Assembly: GCA_964016885.1 (NCBI GenBank)
Contig: OZ024745.1
Span: forward strand, 80,538,001 to 80,602,000
Length of the DNA stretch: 64,000 nucleotides
Direction of reading: 5' to 3'
Source: Eledone cirrhosa
Lineage: Eukaryota
This document shows positions 21,801 through 36,800 of this stretch, in pieces (the first letter of the stretch is position 1; each line of letters opens with the position of its first letter). Under the pieces are notes generated by a model that did no database searches, was not told the DNA's origin, and saw only the letters and a program-made list of their open reading frames with translations. The position numbers and the translations under genes were made by a program.

Positions 21801-24800
21801 ACACACACTATAACTAGCACAGTAACTCTGGCTGACGCACAGTAACTCTGGCTGACGCACAGTAACTCTGGCTAACACACACTATAACTAGCACAGTAAC
21901 TCTGGCTGACACACACTATCACTAGCACAGTAACTCTGGCTAACACACTATAACTAGCACAGTAACTCTGGCTGACGCACAGTAACTCTGGCTGACGCAC
22001 AGTAACTCTGGCTAACACACACTATAACTAGCACAGTAACTCTGGCTGACACACACTATCACTAGCACAGTAACTCTGGCTAACACATTATAACTAGCAC
22101 AGTAACTCTGGCTAACACACACTATCACTAGCACAGTAACTCTGGCTGACACACACTATCACTAGCACAGTAACTCTGGCTGACACACACTATAACTAGC
22201 ACAGTAACTCTGGCTGACACACTATCACTAGCACAGTAACTCTGGCTGACACACTCTATAACTAGCACAGTAACTCTGGCTGACACACTATAACTAGCAC
22301 AGTAACTCTGGCTAACACACACTATAACTAGCACAGTAACTCTGGCTGACACACTATAACTAGCACAGTAACTCTGGCTGACACACTATAACTAGCACAG
22401 TAACTCTGGCTGACACACTATAGCTAGCACAGTAACTCTGGCTGACACACACTATCACTAGCACAGTAACTCTGGCTAACACACACTATAACTAGCACAG
22501 TAACTCTGGCTGACACACACTATAACTAGCACAGAAACTCTGGCTGACACACACTATAACTAGCACAGTAACTCTGGCTGACACACACTATAACTAGCAC
22601 AGAAACTCTGGCTAACACACACTATCACTAGCACAGTAACTCTGGCTGACACACTATAGCTAGCACAGTAACTCTGGCTGACACACTATAGCTAGCACAG
22701 TAACTCTGGCTGACACACACTATCACTAGCACAGTAACTCTGGCTAACACACACTATAACTAGCACAGTAACTCTGGCTGACACACACTATAACTAGCAC
22801 AGAAACTCTGGCTGACACACACTATCACTAGCACAGTAACTCTGGCTAACACACACTATAACTAGCACAGTAACTCTGGCTAACACACACTATAACTAGC
22901 ACAGTAACTCTGGCTGACACACACTATAACTAGCACAGTAACTCTGGCTGACACACACTATAACTAGCACAGTAACTCTGGCTGACACACACTATCAATA
23001 GCACAGTAACTCTGACTGACACACACTATAACTAGCACAGTAACTCTGGCTGACACACACTATAACTAGCACAGAAACTCTGGCTAACGCACAGTAACTC
23101 TGGCTAACACACACTATAACTAGCACAGTAACTCTGGCTAACACACACTATCACTAGTACAGTAACTCTGGCTGACACACACTATAACTAGCACAGTAAC
23201 TCTGGCTAACACACACTATAACTAGCAGAGTAACTCTGGCTGACACACACTATAACTAGCACAGTAACTCTGGCTAACACACACTATCACTAGTACAGTA
23301 ACTCTGGCTGACACACACTATAACTAGCACAGTAACTCTGGCTGACACACACTATCACTAGCACAGTAACTCTGGCTGACACACACTATAACTAGCACAG
23401 TAACTCTGGCTGACGCACAGTAACTCTGGCTGACGCACAGTAACTCTGGCTAACACACACTATAACTAGCACAGTAACTCTGGCTGACACACACTATCAC
23501 TAGCACAGTAACTCTGGCTGACACACACTATCACTAGCACAGTAACTCTGGCTAACACACACTATAACTAGCACAGTAACTCTGGCTAACACACACTATA
23601 ACTAGCACAGTAACTCTGGCTAACACACACTATCACTAGCACAGTAACTCTGGCTAACACACACTATAACTAGCACAGTAACTCTGGCTAACACACACTA
23701 TAACTAGCACAGTAACTCTGGCTGACACACACTATAACTAGTACAGTAACTCTGGCTAACACACTATAACTAGCACAGTAACTCTGGCTGACACACACTA
23801 TAACTAGCACAGTAACTCTGGCTAACACACACTATCACTAGCACAGTAACTCTGGCTAACACACACTATAACTAGCACAGTAACTCTGGCTAACACACAC
23901 TATAACTAGCACAGTAACTCTGGCTGACACACACTATAACTAGCACAGTAACTCTGGCTAACACACACTATAACTAGCACAGTAACTCTGGCTAACACAC
24001 ACTATCACGAGCACAGTAACTCTGGCTGACACACACTATCACTAGCACAGTAACTCTGGCTGACACACACTATAACTAGCACAGTAACTCTGGCTGACAC
24101 ACACTATCACTAGCACAGTAACTCTGGCTGACACAAACTATAACTAGCACAGTAACTCTGGCTAACACACACTATAACTAGCACAGTAACTCTGGCTGAC
24201 ACACACTATAACTAGCACAGTAACTCTGGCTGACACACACTATAACTAGCACAGTAACTCTGGCTGACACACACTATAACTAGCACAGTAACTCTGGCTG
24301 ACACACACTATAACTAGCACAGTAACTCTGGCTAACACACACTATCACTAGCACAGTAACTCTGGCTGACACACACTATAACTAGCACAGTAACTCTGGC
24401 TGACACACACTATCACTAGCACAGTAACTCTGGCTGACACACTATAACTAGCACAGTAACTCTGGCTAACACACACTATAACTAGCACAGTAACTCTGGC
24501 TAACACACACTATCACTAGCAAAGTAACTGTGGCTGACACACACTATAACTAGCACAGTAACTCTGGCTAACACACGCTATAACTAGCACAGTAACTCTG
24601 GCTGACACACTCTATAACTAGCATAGTAACTCTGGCTGACACACACTATAACTAGCACAGTAACTCTGACTGACACACACTATAACTAGCACAGTAACTC
24701 TGGCTGACACACACTATAACTAGCACAGTAACTCTGGCTGACGCACAGTAACTCTGGCTGACGCACAGTAACTCTGGCTAACACACACTATAACTAGCAC

Positions 24801-27800
24801 AGTAACTCTGGCTGACACACACTATCACTAGCACAGTAACTCTGGCTAACACACTATAACTAGCACAGTAACTCTGGCTGACGCACAGTAACTCTGGCTG
24901 ACGCACAGTAACTCTGGCTAACACACACTATAACTAGCACAGTAACTCTGGCTGACACACACTATCACTAGCACAGTAACTCTGGCTAACACATTATAAC
25001 TAGCACAGTAACTCTGGCTAACACACACTATCACTAGCACAGTAACTCTGGCTGACACACACTATCACTAGCACAGTAACTCTGGCTGACACACACTATA
25101 ACTAGCACAGTAACTCTGGCTGACACACTATCACTAGCACAGTAACTCTGGCTGACACACTCTATAACTAGCACAGTAACTCTGGCTGACACACTATAAC
25201 TAGCACAGTAACTCTGGCTAACACACACTATAACTAGCACAGTAACTCTGGCTGACACACTATAACTAGCACAGTAACTCTGGCTGACACACTATAACTA
25301 GCACAGTAACTCTGGCTGACACACTATAGCTAGCACAGTAACTCTGGCTGACACACACTATCACTAGCACAGTAACTCTGGCTAACACACACTATAACTA
25401 GCACAGTAACTCTGGCTGACACACACTATAACTAGCACAGAAACTCTGGCTGACACACACTATAACTAGCACAGTAACTCTGGCTGACACACACTATAAC
25501 TAGCACAGTAACTCTGGCTGACACACACTATAACTAGTACAGTAACTCTGGCTGACACACACTATAACTAGCACAGTAACTCTGGCTGACACACACTATC
25601 ACTAGCACAGTAACTCTGGCTGACACACACTATCACTAGCACAGTAACTCTGGCTGACACACACTATCACTAGCACAGTAACTCTGGCTAACACACACTA
25701 TAACTAGCACAGTAACTCTGGCTAACACACACTATAACTAGCACAGTAACTCTGGCTAACACACACTATCACTAGCACAGTAACTCTGGCTAACACACAC
25801 TATAACTAGCACAGTAACTCTGGCTGACACACACTATCACTAGCACAGTAACTCTGGCTGACACAAACTATAACTAGCACAGTAACTCTGGCTAACACAC
25901 ACTATAACTAGCACAGTAACTCTGGCTGACACACACTATAACTAGCACAGTAACTCTGGCTGACACACACTATAACTAGCACAGTAACTCTGGCTGACAC
26001 ACACTATAACTAGCACAGTAACTCTGGCTGACACACACTATAACTAGCACAGTAACTCTGGCTAACACACACTATCACTAGCACAGTAACTCTGGCTGAC
26101 ACACACTATAACTAGCACAGTAACTCTGGCTGACACACACTATCACTAGCACAGTAACTCTGGCTGACACACTATAACTAGCACAGTAACTCTGGCTAAC
26201 ACACACTATAACTAGCACAGTAACTCTGGCTAACACACACTATCACTAGCAAAGTAACTGTGGCTGACACACACTATAACTAGCACAGTAACTCTGGCTA
26301 ACACACGCTATAACTAGCACAGTAACTCTGGCTGACACACTCTATAACTAGCATAGTAACTCTGGCTGACACACACTATAACTAGCACAGTAACTCTGAC
26401 TGACACACACTATAACTAGCACAGTAACTCTGGCTGACACACACTATAACTAGCACAGTAACTCTGGCTGACGCACAGTAACTCTGGCTGACGCACAGTA
26501 ACTCTGGCTAACACACACTATAACTAGCACAGTAACTCTGGCTGACACACACTATCACTAGCACAGTAACTCTGGCTAACACACTATAACTAGCACAGTA
26601 ACTCTGGCTGACGCACAGTAACTCTGGCTGACGCACAGTAACTCTGGCTAACACACACTATAACTAGCACAGTAACTCTGGCTGACACACACTATCACTA
26701 GCACAGTAACTCTGGCTAACACATTATAACTAGCACAGTAACTCTGGCTAACACACACTATCACTAGCACAGTAACTCTGGCTGACACACACTATCACTA
26801 GCACAGTAACTCTGGCTGACACACACTATAACTAGCACAGTAACTCTGGCTGACACACTATCACTAGCACAGTAACTCTGGCTGACACACTCTATAACTA
26901 GCACAGTAACTCTGGCTGACACACTATAACTAGCACAGTAACTCTGGCTAACACACACTATAACTAGCACAGTAACTCTGGCTGACACACTATAACTAGC
27001 ACAGTAACTCTGGCTGACACACTATAACTAGCACAGTAACTCTGGCTGACACACTATAGCTAGCACAGTAACTCTGGCTGACACACACTATCACTAGCAC
27101 AGTAACTCTGGCTAACACACACTATAACTAGCACAGTAACTCTGGCTGACACACACTATAACTAGCACAGAAACTCTGGCTGACACACACTATAACTAGC
27201 ACAGTAACTCTGGCTGACACACACTATAACTAGCACAGTAACTCTGGCTGACACACACTATAACTAGTACAGTAACTCTGGCTGACACACACTATAACTA
27301 GCACAGTAACTCTGGCTGACACACTATAGCTAGCACAGTAACTCTGGCTGACACACACTATAACTAGTACAGTAACTCTGGCTGACACACACTATAACTA
27401 GCACAGTAACTCTGGCTGACACACACTATCACTAGCACAGTAACTCTGGCTGACACACACTATCACTAGCACAGTAACTCTGGCTGACACACACTATCAC
27501 TAGCACAGTAACTCTGGCTAACACACACTATAACTAGCACAGTAACTCTGGCTAACACACACTATAACTAGCACAGTAACTCTGGCTAACACACACTATC
27601 ACTAGCACAGTAACTCTGGCTAACACACACTATAACTAGCACAGTAACTCTGGCTAACACACACTATAACTAGCACAGTAACTCTGGCTGACACACACTA
27701 TAACTAGTACAGTAACTCTGGCTAACACACTATAACTAGCACAGTAACTCTGGCTGACACACACTATAACTAGCACAGTAACTCTGGCTAACACACACTA

Positions 27801-30800
27801 TAACTAGCACAGTCACTCTGGCTGACACACACTATAACTAGCACAGTAACTCTGGCTGACACACACTATAACTAGCACAGTAACTCTGGCTGACACACAG
27901 TATAACTAGCACAGTAACTCTGGCTAACACACACTATAACTAGCACAGTAACTCTGGCTGACACACACTATAACTAGCACAGTAACTCTGGCTAACACAC
28001 ACTATCACTAGCACAGTAACTCTGGCTAACACACACTATAACTAGCACAGTAACTCTGGCTAACACACACTATAACTAGCACAGTAACTCTGGCTGACAC
28101 ACACTATAACTAGCACAGTAACTCTGGCTAACACACACTATAACTAGCACAGTAACTCTGGCTAACACACACTATCACGAGCACAGTAACTCTGGCTGAC
28201 ACACACTATCACTAGCACAGTAACTCTGGCTGACACACACTATAACTAGCACAGTAACTCTGGCTGACACACACTATCACTAGCACAGTAACTCTGGCTG
28301 ACACAAACTATAACTAGCATAGTAACTCTGGCTAACACACACTATAACTAGCACAGTAACTCTGGCTGACACACACTATAACTAGCACAGTAACTCTGGC
28401 TGACACACACTATAACTAGCACAGTAACTCTGGCTGACACACACTATAACTAGCACAGTAACTCTGGCTGACACACTATAACTAGCACAGTAACTCTGGC
28501 TGACACACACTATAACTAGCACAGTAACTCTGGCTAACACACACTATCACTAGCACAGTAACTCTGGCTGACACACACTATCACTAGCACAGTAACTCTG
28601 GCTGACACACTATAACTAGCACAGTAACTCTGGCTAACACACACTATAACTAGCACAGTAACTCTGGCTAACACACACTATCACTAGCAAAGTAACTGTG
28701 GCTGACACACACTATAACTAGCACAGTAACTCTGGCTAACACACGCTATAACTAGCACAGTAACTCTGGCTGACACACTCTATAACTAGCATAGTAACTC
28801 TGGCTGACACACACTATAACTAGCACAGTAACTCTGACTGACACACACTATAACTAGCACAGTAACTCTGGCTGACACACACTATAACTAGCACAGTAAC
28901 TCTGGCTGACGCACAGTAACTCTGGCTGACGCACAGTAACTCTGGCTAACACACACTATAACTAGCACAGTAACTCTGGCTGACACACACTATCACTAGC
29001 ACAGTAACTCTGGCTAACACACTATAACTAGCACAGTAACTCTGGCTGACGCACAGTAACTCTGGCTGACGCACAGTAACTCTGGCTAACACACACTATA
29101 ACTAGCACAGTAACTCTGGCTGACACACACTATCACTAGCACAGTAACTCTGGCTAACACATTATAACTAGCACAGTAACTCTGGCTAACACACACTATC
29201 ACTAGCACAGTAACTCTGGCTGACACACACTATCACTAGCACAGTAACTCTGGCTGACACACACTATAACTAGCACAGTAACTCTGGCTGACACACTATC
29301 ACTAGCACAGTAACTCTGGCTGACACACTCTATAACTAGCACAGTAACTCTGGCTGACACACTATAACTAGCACAGTAACTCTGGCTAACACACACTATA
29401 ACTAGCACAGTAACTCTGGCTGACACACTATAACTAGCACAGTAACTCTGGCTGACACACTATAACTAGCACAGTAACTCTGGCTGACACACTATAGCTA
29501 GCACAGTAACTCTGGCTGACACACACTATCACTAGCACAGTAACTCTGGCTAACACACACTATAACTAGCACAGTAACTCTGGCTGACACACACTATAAC
29601 TAGCACAGAAACTCTGGCTGACACACACTATAACTAGCACAGTAACTCTGGCTGACACACACTATAACTAGCACAGAAACTCTGGCTAACACACACTATC
29701 ACTAGCACAGTAACTCTGGCTGACACACTATAGCTAGCACAGTAACTCTGGCTGACACACTATAGCTAGCACAGTAACTCTGGCTGACACACACTATCAC
29801 TAGCACAGTAACTCTGGCTAACACACACTATAACTAGCACAGTAACTCTGGCTGACACACACTATAACTAGCACAGAAACTCTGGCTGACACACACTATC
29901 ACTAGCACAGTAACTCTGGCTAACACACACTATAACTAGCACAGTAACTCTGGCTAACACACACTATAACTAGCACAGTAACTCTGGCTGACACACACTA
30001 TAACTAGCACAGTAACTCTGGCTGACACACACTATAACTAGCACAGTAACTCTGGCTGACACACACTATCAATAGCACAGTAACTCTGACTGACACACAC
30101 TATAACTAGCACAGTAACTCTGGCTGACACACACTATAACTAGCACAGAAACTCTGGCTGACGCACAGTAACTCTGGCTAACACACACTATAACTAGCAC
30201 AGTAACTCTGGCTAACACACACTATCACTAGTACAGTAACTCTGGCTGACACACACTATAACTAGCACAGTAACTCTGGCTAACACACACTATAACTAGC
30301 AGAGTAACTCTGGCTGACACACACTATAACTAGCACAGTAACTCTGGCTAACACACACTATCACTAGTACAGTAACTCTGGCTGACACACACTATAACTA
30401 GCACAGTAACTCTGGCTGACACACACTATCACTAGCACAGTAACTCTGGCTGACACACACTATAACTAGCACAGTAACTCTGGCTGACGCACAGTAACTC
30501 TGGCTGACGCACAGTAACTCTGGCTAACACACACTATAACTAGCACAGTAACTCTGGCTGACACACACTATCACTAGCACAGTAACTCTGGCTGACACAC
30601 ACTATACCTAGCACAGTAACTCTGGCTAACACACACTATAACTAGCACAGTAACTCTGGCTAACACACACTATAACTAGCACAGTAACTCTGGCTAACAC
30701 ACACTATCACTAGCACAGTAACTCTGGCTAACACACACTATAACTAGCACAGTAACTCTGGCTAACACACACTATAACTAGCACAGTAACTCTGGCTGAC

Positions 30801-33800
30801 ACACACTATAACTAGTACAGTAACTCTGGCTAACACACTATAACTAGCACAGTAACTCTGGCTGACACACACTATAACTAGCACAGTAACTCTGGCTAAC
30901 ACACACTATAACTAGCACAGTCACTCTGGCTGACACACACTATAACTAGCACAGTAACTCTGGCTGACACACACTATAACTAGCACAGTAACTCTGGCTG
31001 ACACACAGTATAACTAGCACAGTAACTCTGGCTAACACACACTATAACTAGCACAGTAACTCTGGCTGACACACACTATAACTAGCACAGTAACTCTGGC
31101 TAACACACACTATCACTAGCACAGTAACTCTGGCTAACACACACTATAACTAGCACAGTAACTCTGGCTAACACACACTATAACTAGCACAGTAACTCTG
31201 GCTAACACACACTATAACTAGCACAGTAACTCTGGCTAACACACACTATAACTAGCACAGTAACTCTGGCTAACACACACTATCACGAGCACAGTAACTC
31301 TGGCTGACACACACTATCACTAGCACAGTAACTCTGGCTGACACACACTATAACTAGCACAGTAACTCTGGCTGACACACACTATCACTAGCACAGTAAC
31401 TCTGGCTGACACAAACTATAACTAGCACAGTAACTCTGGCTAACACACACTATAACTAGCACAGTAACTCTGGCTGACACACACTATAACTAGCACAGTA
31501 ACTCTGGCTGACACACACTATAACTAGCACAGTAACTCTGGCTGACACACACTATAACTAGCACAGTAACTCTGGCTGACACACACTATAACTAGCACAG
31601 TAACTCTGGCTAACACACACTATCACTAGCACAGTAACTCTGGCTGACACACACTATAACTAGCACAGTAACTCTGGCTGACACACACTATCACTAGCAC
31701 AGTAACTCTGGCTGACACACTATAACTAGCACAGTAACTCTGGCTAACACACACTATAACTAGCACAGTAACTCTGGCTAACACACACTATCACTAGCAA
31801 AGTAACTGTGGCTGACACACACTATAACTAGCACAGTAACTCTGGCTAACACACACTATAACTAGCACAGTAACTCTGGCTGACACACTCTATAACTAGC
31901 ATAGTAACTCTGGCTGACACACACTATAACTAGCACAGTAACTCTGGCTGACACACACTATAACTAGCACAGTAACTCTGGCTGACGCACAGTAACTCTG
32001 GCTGACGCACAGTAACTCTGGCTAACACACACTATAACTAGCACAGTAACTCTGGCTGACACACACTATCACTAGCACAGTAACTCTGGCTAACACACTA
32101 TAACTAGCACAGTAACTCTGGCTGACGCACAGTAACTCTGGCTGACGCACAGTAACTCTGGCTAACACACACTATAACTAGCACAGTAACTCTGGCTGAC
32201 ACACACTATAACTAGCACAGTAACTCTGGCTGACACACACTATAACTAGCACAGTAACTCTGGCTGACACACACTATAACTAGCACAGTAACTCTGGCTG
32301 ACGCACAGTAACTCTGGCTGACGCACAGTAACTCTGGCTAACACACACTATAACTAGCACAGTAACTCTGGCTGACACACACTATCACTAGCACAGTAAC
32401 TCTGGCTAACACATTATAACTAGCACAGTAACTCTGGCTAACACACACTATCACTAGCACAGTAACTCTGGCTGACACACACTATCACTAGCACAGTAAC
32501 TCTGGCTGACACACACTATAACTAGCACAGTAACTCTGGCTGACACACTATCACTAGCACAGTAACTCTGGCTGACACACTCTATAACTAGCACAGTAAC
32601 TCTGGCTGACACACTATAACTAGCACAGTAACTCTGGCTAACACACACTATAACTAGCACAGTAACTCTGGCTGACACACTATAACTAGCACAGTAACTC
32701 TGGCTGACACACTATAACTAGCACAGTAACTCTGGCTGACACACTATAGCTAGCACAGTAACTCTGGCTGACACACACTATCAATAGCACAGTAACTCTG
32801 ACTGACACACACTATAACTAGCACAGTAACTCTGGCTGACACACACTATAACTAGCACAGAAACTCTGGCTGACGCACAGTAACTCTGGCTAACACACAC
32901 TATAACTAGCACAGTAACTCTGGCTAACACACACTATCACTAGTACAGTAACTCTGGCTGACACACACTATAACTAGCACAGTAACTCTGGCTAACACAC
33001 ACTATAACTAGCAGAGTAACTCTGGCTGACACACACTATAACTAGCACAGTAACTCTGGCTAACACACACTATCACTAGTACAGTAACTCTGGCTGACAC
33101 ACACTATAACTAGCACAGTAACTCTGGCTGACACACACTATCACTAGCACAGTAACTCTGGCTGACACACACTATAACTAGCACAGTAACTCTGGCTGAC
33201 GCACAGTAACTCTGGCTGACGCACAGTAACTCTGGCTAACACACACTATAACTAGCACAGTAACTCTGGCTGACACACACTATCACTAGCACAGTAACTC
33301 TGGCTAACACACTATAACTAGCACAGTAACTCTGGCTGACGCACAGTAACTCTGGCTGACGCACAGTAACTCTGGCTGACGCACAGTAACTCTGGCTAAC
33401 ACACACTATAACTAGCACAGTAACTCTGGCTGACACACACTATCACTAGCACAGTAACTCTGGCTAACACATTATAACTAGCACAGTAACTCTGGCTAAC
33501 ACACACTATCACTAGCACAGTAACTCTGGCTGACACACACTATCACTAGCACAGTAACTCTGGCTGACACACACTATAACTAGCACAGTAACTCTGGCTG
33601 ACACACTATCACTAGCACAGTAACTCTGGCTGACACACTCTATAACTAGCACAGTAACTCTGGCTGACACACTATAACTAGCACAGTAACTCTGGCTAAC
33701 ACACACTATAACTAGCACAGTAACTCTGGCTGACACACTATAACTAGCACAGTAACTCTGGCTGACACACTATAACTAGCACAGTAACTCTGGTTGACAC

Positions 33801-36800
33801 ACTATAACTAGCACAGTAACTCTGGCTGACACACACTATCAATAGCACAGTAACTCTGACTGACACACACTATAACTAGCACAGTAACTCTGGCTGACAC
33901 ACACTATAACTAGCACAGAAACTCTAGCTGACGCACAGTAACTCTGGCTAACACACACTATAACTAGCACAGTAACTCTGGCTAACACACACTATCACTA
34001 GTACAGTAACTCTGGCTGACACACTATAACTAGCACAGTAACTCTGGCTAACACACACTATAACTAGCAGAGTAACTCTGGCTGACACACACTATAACTA
34101 GCACAGTAACTCTGGCTAACACACACTATCACTAGTACAGTAACTCTGGCTGACACACACTATAACTAGCACAGTAACTCTGGCTGACACACACTATCAC
34201 TAGCACAGTAACTCTGGCTGACACACACTATCACTAGCACAGTAACTCTGGCTGACACACACTATAACTAGCACAGTAACTCTGGCTGACACACACTATC
34301 ACTAGCACAGTAACTCTGGCTGACACACACCTATCACTAGCACAGTAACTCTGGCTGACACACACTATAACTAGCACAGTAACTCTGGCTGACACACACT
34401 ATAACTAGCACAGTAACTCTGGCTGACACACACTATCACTAGCACAGTAACTCTGGCTGACAACACTATCACTAGCACAGTAACTCTGGCTGACACACAC
34501 TATCACTAGCACAGTAACTCTGGCTAACACACACTATAACTAGCACAGTAACTCTGGCTGACACACACTATCACTAGCACAGTAACTCTGGCTAACACAC
34601 ACTATAACTAGCACAGTAACTCTGGCTGACACACACTATCACTAGCACAGTAACTCTGGCTAACACACAGTATCACTAGCACAGTAACTCTGGCTGACAC
34701 ACACTATCACTAGCACAGTAACTCTGGCTGACACACACTATAACTAGCACAGTAACTCTGGCTGACACACACTATCACTAGCACAGTAACTCTGGCTGAC
34801 ACACACTATAACTAGCACAGTAACTCTGGCTGACACACACTATCACTAGCACAGTAACTCTGGCTAACACACACTATAACTAGTACAGTAACTCTGGCTG
34901 ACACACACTATAACTAGCACAGTAACTCTGGCTGACACACACTATCACTAGCACAGTAACTCTGGCTAACACACACTATAACTAGTACAGTAACTCTGGC
35001 TGACACACACTATAACTAGCACAGTAACTCTGGCTGACACACACTATCACTAGCACAGTAACTCTGGCTGACACACACTATCACTAGCACAGTAACTCTG
35101 GCTGACACACACTATCACTAGCACAGTAACTCTGGCTAACACACACTATAACTAGCACAGTAACTCTGGCTAACACACACTATAACTAGCACAGTAACTC
35201 TGGCTAACACACACTATCACTAGCACAGTAACTCTGGCTAACACACACTATAACTAGCACAGTAACTCTGGCTAACACACACTATAACTAGCACAGTAAC
35301 TCTGGCTGACACACACTATAACTAGTACAGTAACTCTGGCTAACACACTATAACTAGCACAGTAACTCTGGCTGACACACACTATAACTAGCACAGTAAC
35401 TCTGGCTAACACACACTATAACTAGCACAGTCACTCTGGCTGACACACACTATAACTAGCACAGTAACTCTGGCTGACACACACTATAACTAGCACAGTA
35501 ACTCTGGCTGACACACAGTATAACTAGCACAGTAACTCTGGCTAACACACACTATAACTAGCACAGTAACTCTGGCTGACACACACTATAACTAGCACAG
35601 TAACTCTGGCTAACACACACTATCACTAGCACAGTAACTCTGGCTAACACACACTATAACTAGCACAGTAACTCTGGCTAACACACACTATAACTAGCAC
35701 AGTAACTCTGGCTGACACACACTATAACTAGCACAGTAACTCTGGCTAACACACACTATAACTAGCACAGTAACTCTGGCTAACACACACTATCACTAGC
35801 ACAGTAACTCTGGCTGACACACACTATCACTAGCACAGTAACTCTGGCTGACACACACTATAACAAGCACAGTAACTCTGGCTGACACACACTATCACTA
35901 GCACAGTAACTCTGGCTGACACAAACTATAACTAGCACAGTAACTCTGGCTAACACACACTATAACTAGCACAGTAACTCTGGCTGACACACACTATAAC
36001 TAGCACAGTAACTCTGGCTGACACACACTATAACTAGCACAGTAACTCTGGCTGACACACACTATAACTAGCACAGTAACTCTGGCTGACACACACTATA
36101 ACTAGCACAGTAACTCTGGCTAACACACACTATCACTAGCACAGTAACTCTGGCTGACACACTCTATAACTAGCATAGTAACTCTGGCTGACACACACTA
36201 TAACTAGCACAGTAACTCTGACTGACACACACTATAACTAGCACAGTAACTCTGGCTGACACACACTATAACTAGCACAGTAACTCTGGCTGACGCACAG
36301 TAACTCTGGCTGACGCACAGTAACTCTGGCTAACACACACTATAACTAGCACAGTAACTCTGGCTGACACACACTATCACTAGCACAGTAACTCTGGCTA
36401 ACACACTATAACTAGCACAGTAACTCTGGCTGACGCACAGTAACTCTGGCTGACGCACAGTAACTCTGGCTAACAGACACTATAACTAGCACAGTAACTC
36501 TGGCTGACACACACTATCACTAGCACAGTAACTCTGGCTGACACACACTATCACTAGCACAGTAACTCTGGCTGACACACACTATAACTAACACAGTAAC
36601 TCTGGCTGACACACTATCACTAGCACAGTAACTCTGGCTGACACACTCTATAACTAGCACAGTAACTCTGGCTGACACACTATAACTAGCACAGTAACTC
36701 TGGCTAACACACACTATAACTAGCACAGTAACTCTGGCTGACACACTATAACTAGCACAGTAACTCTGGCTGACACACTATAACTAGCACAGTAACTCTG

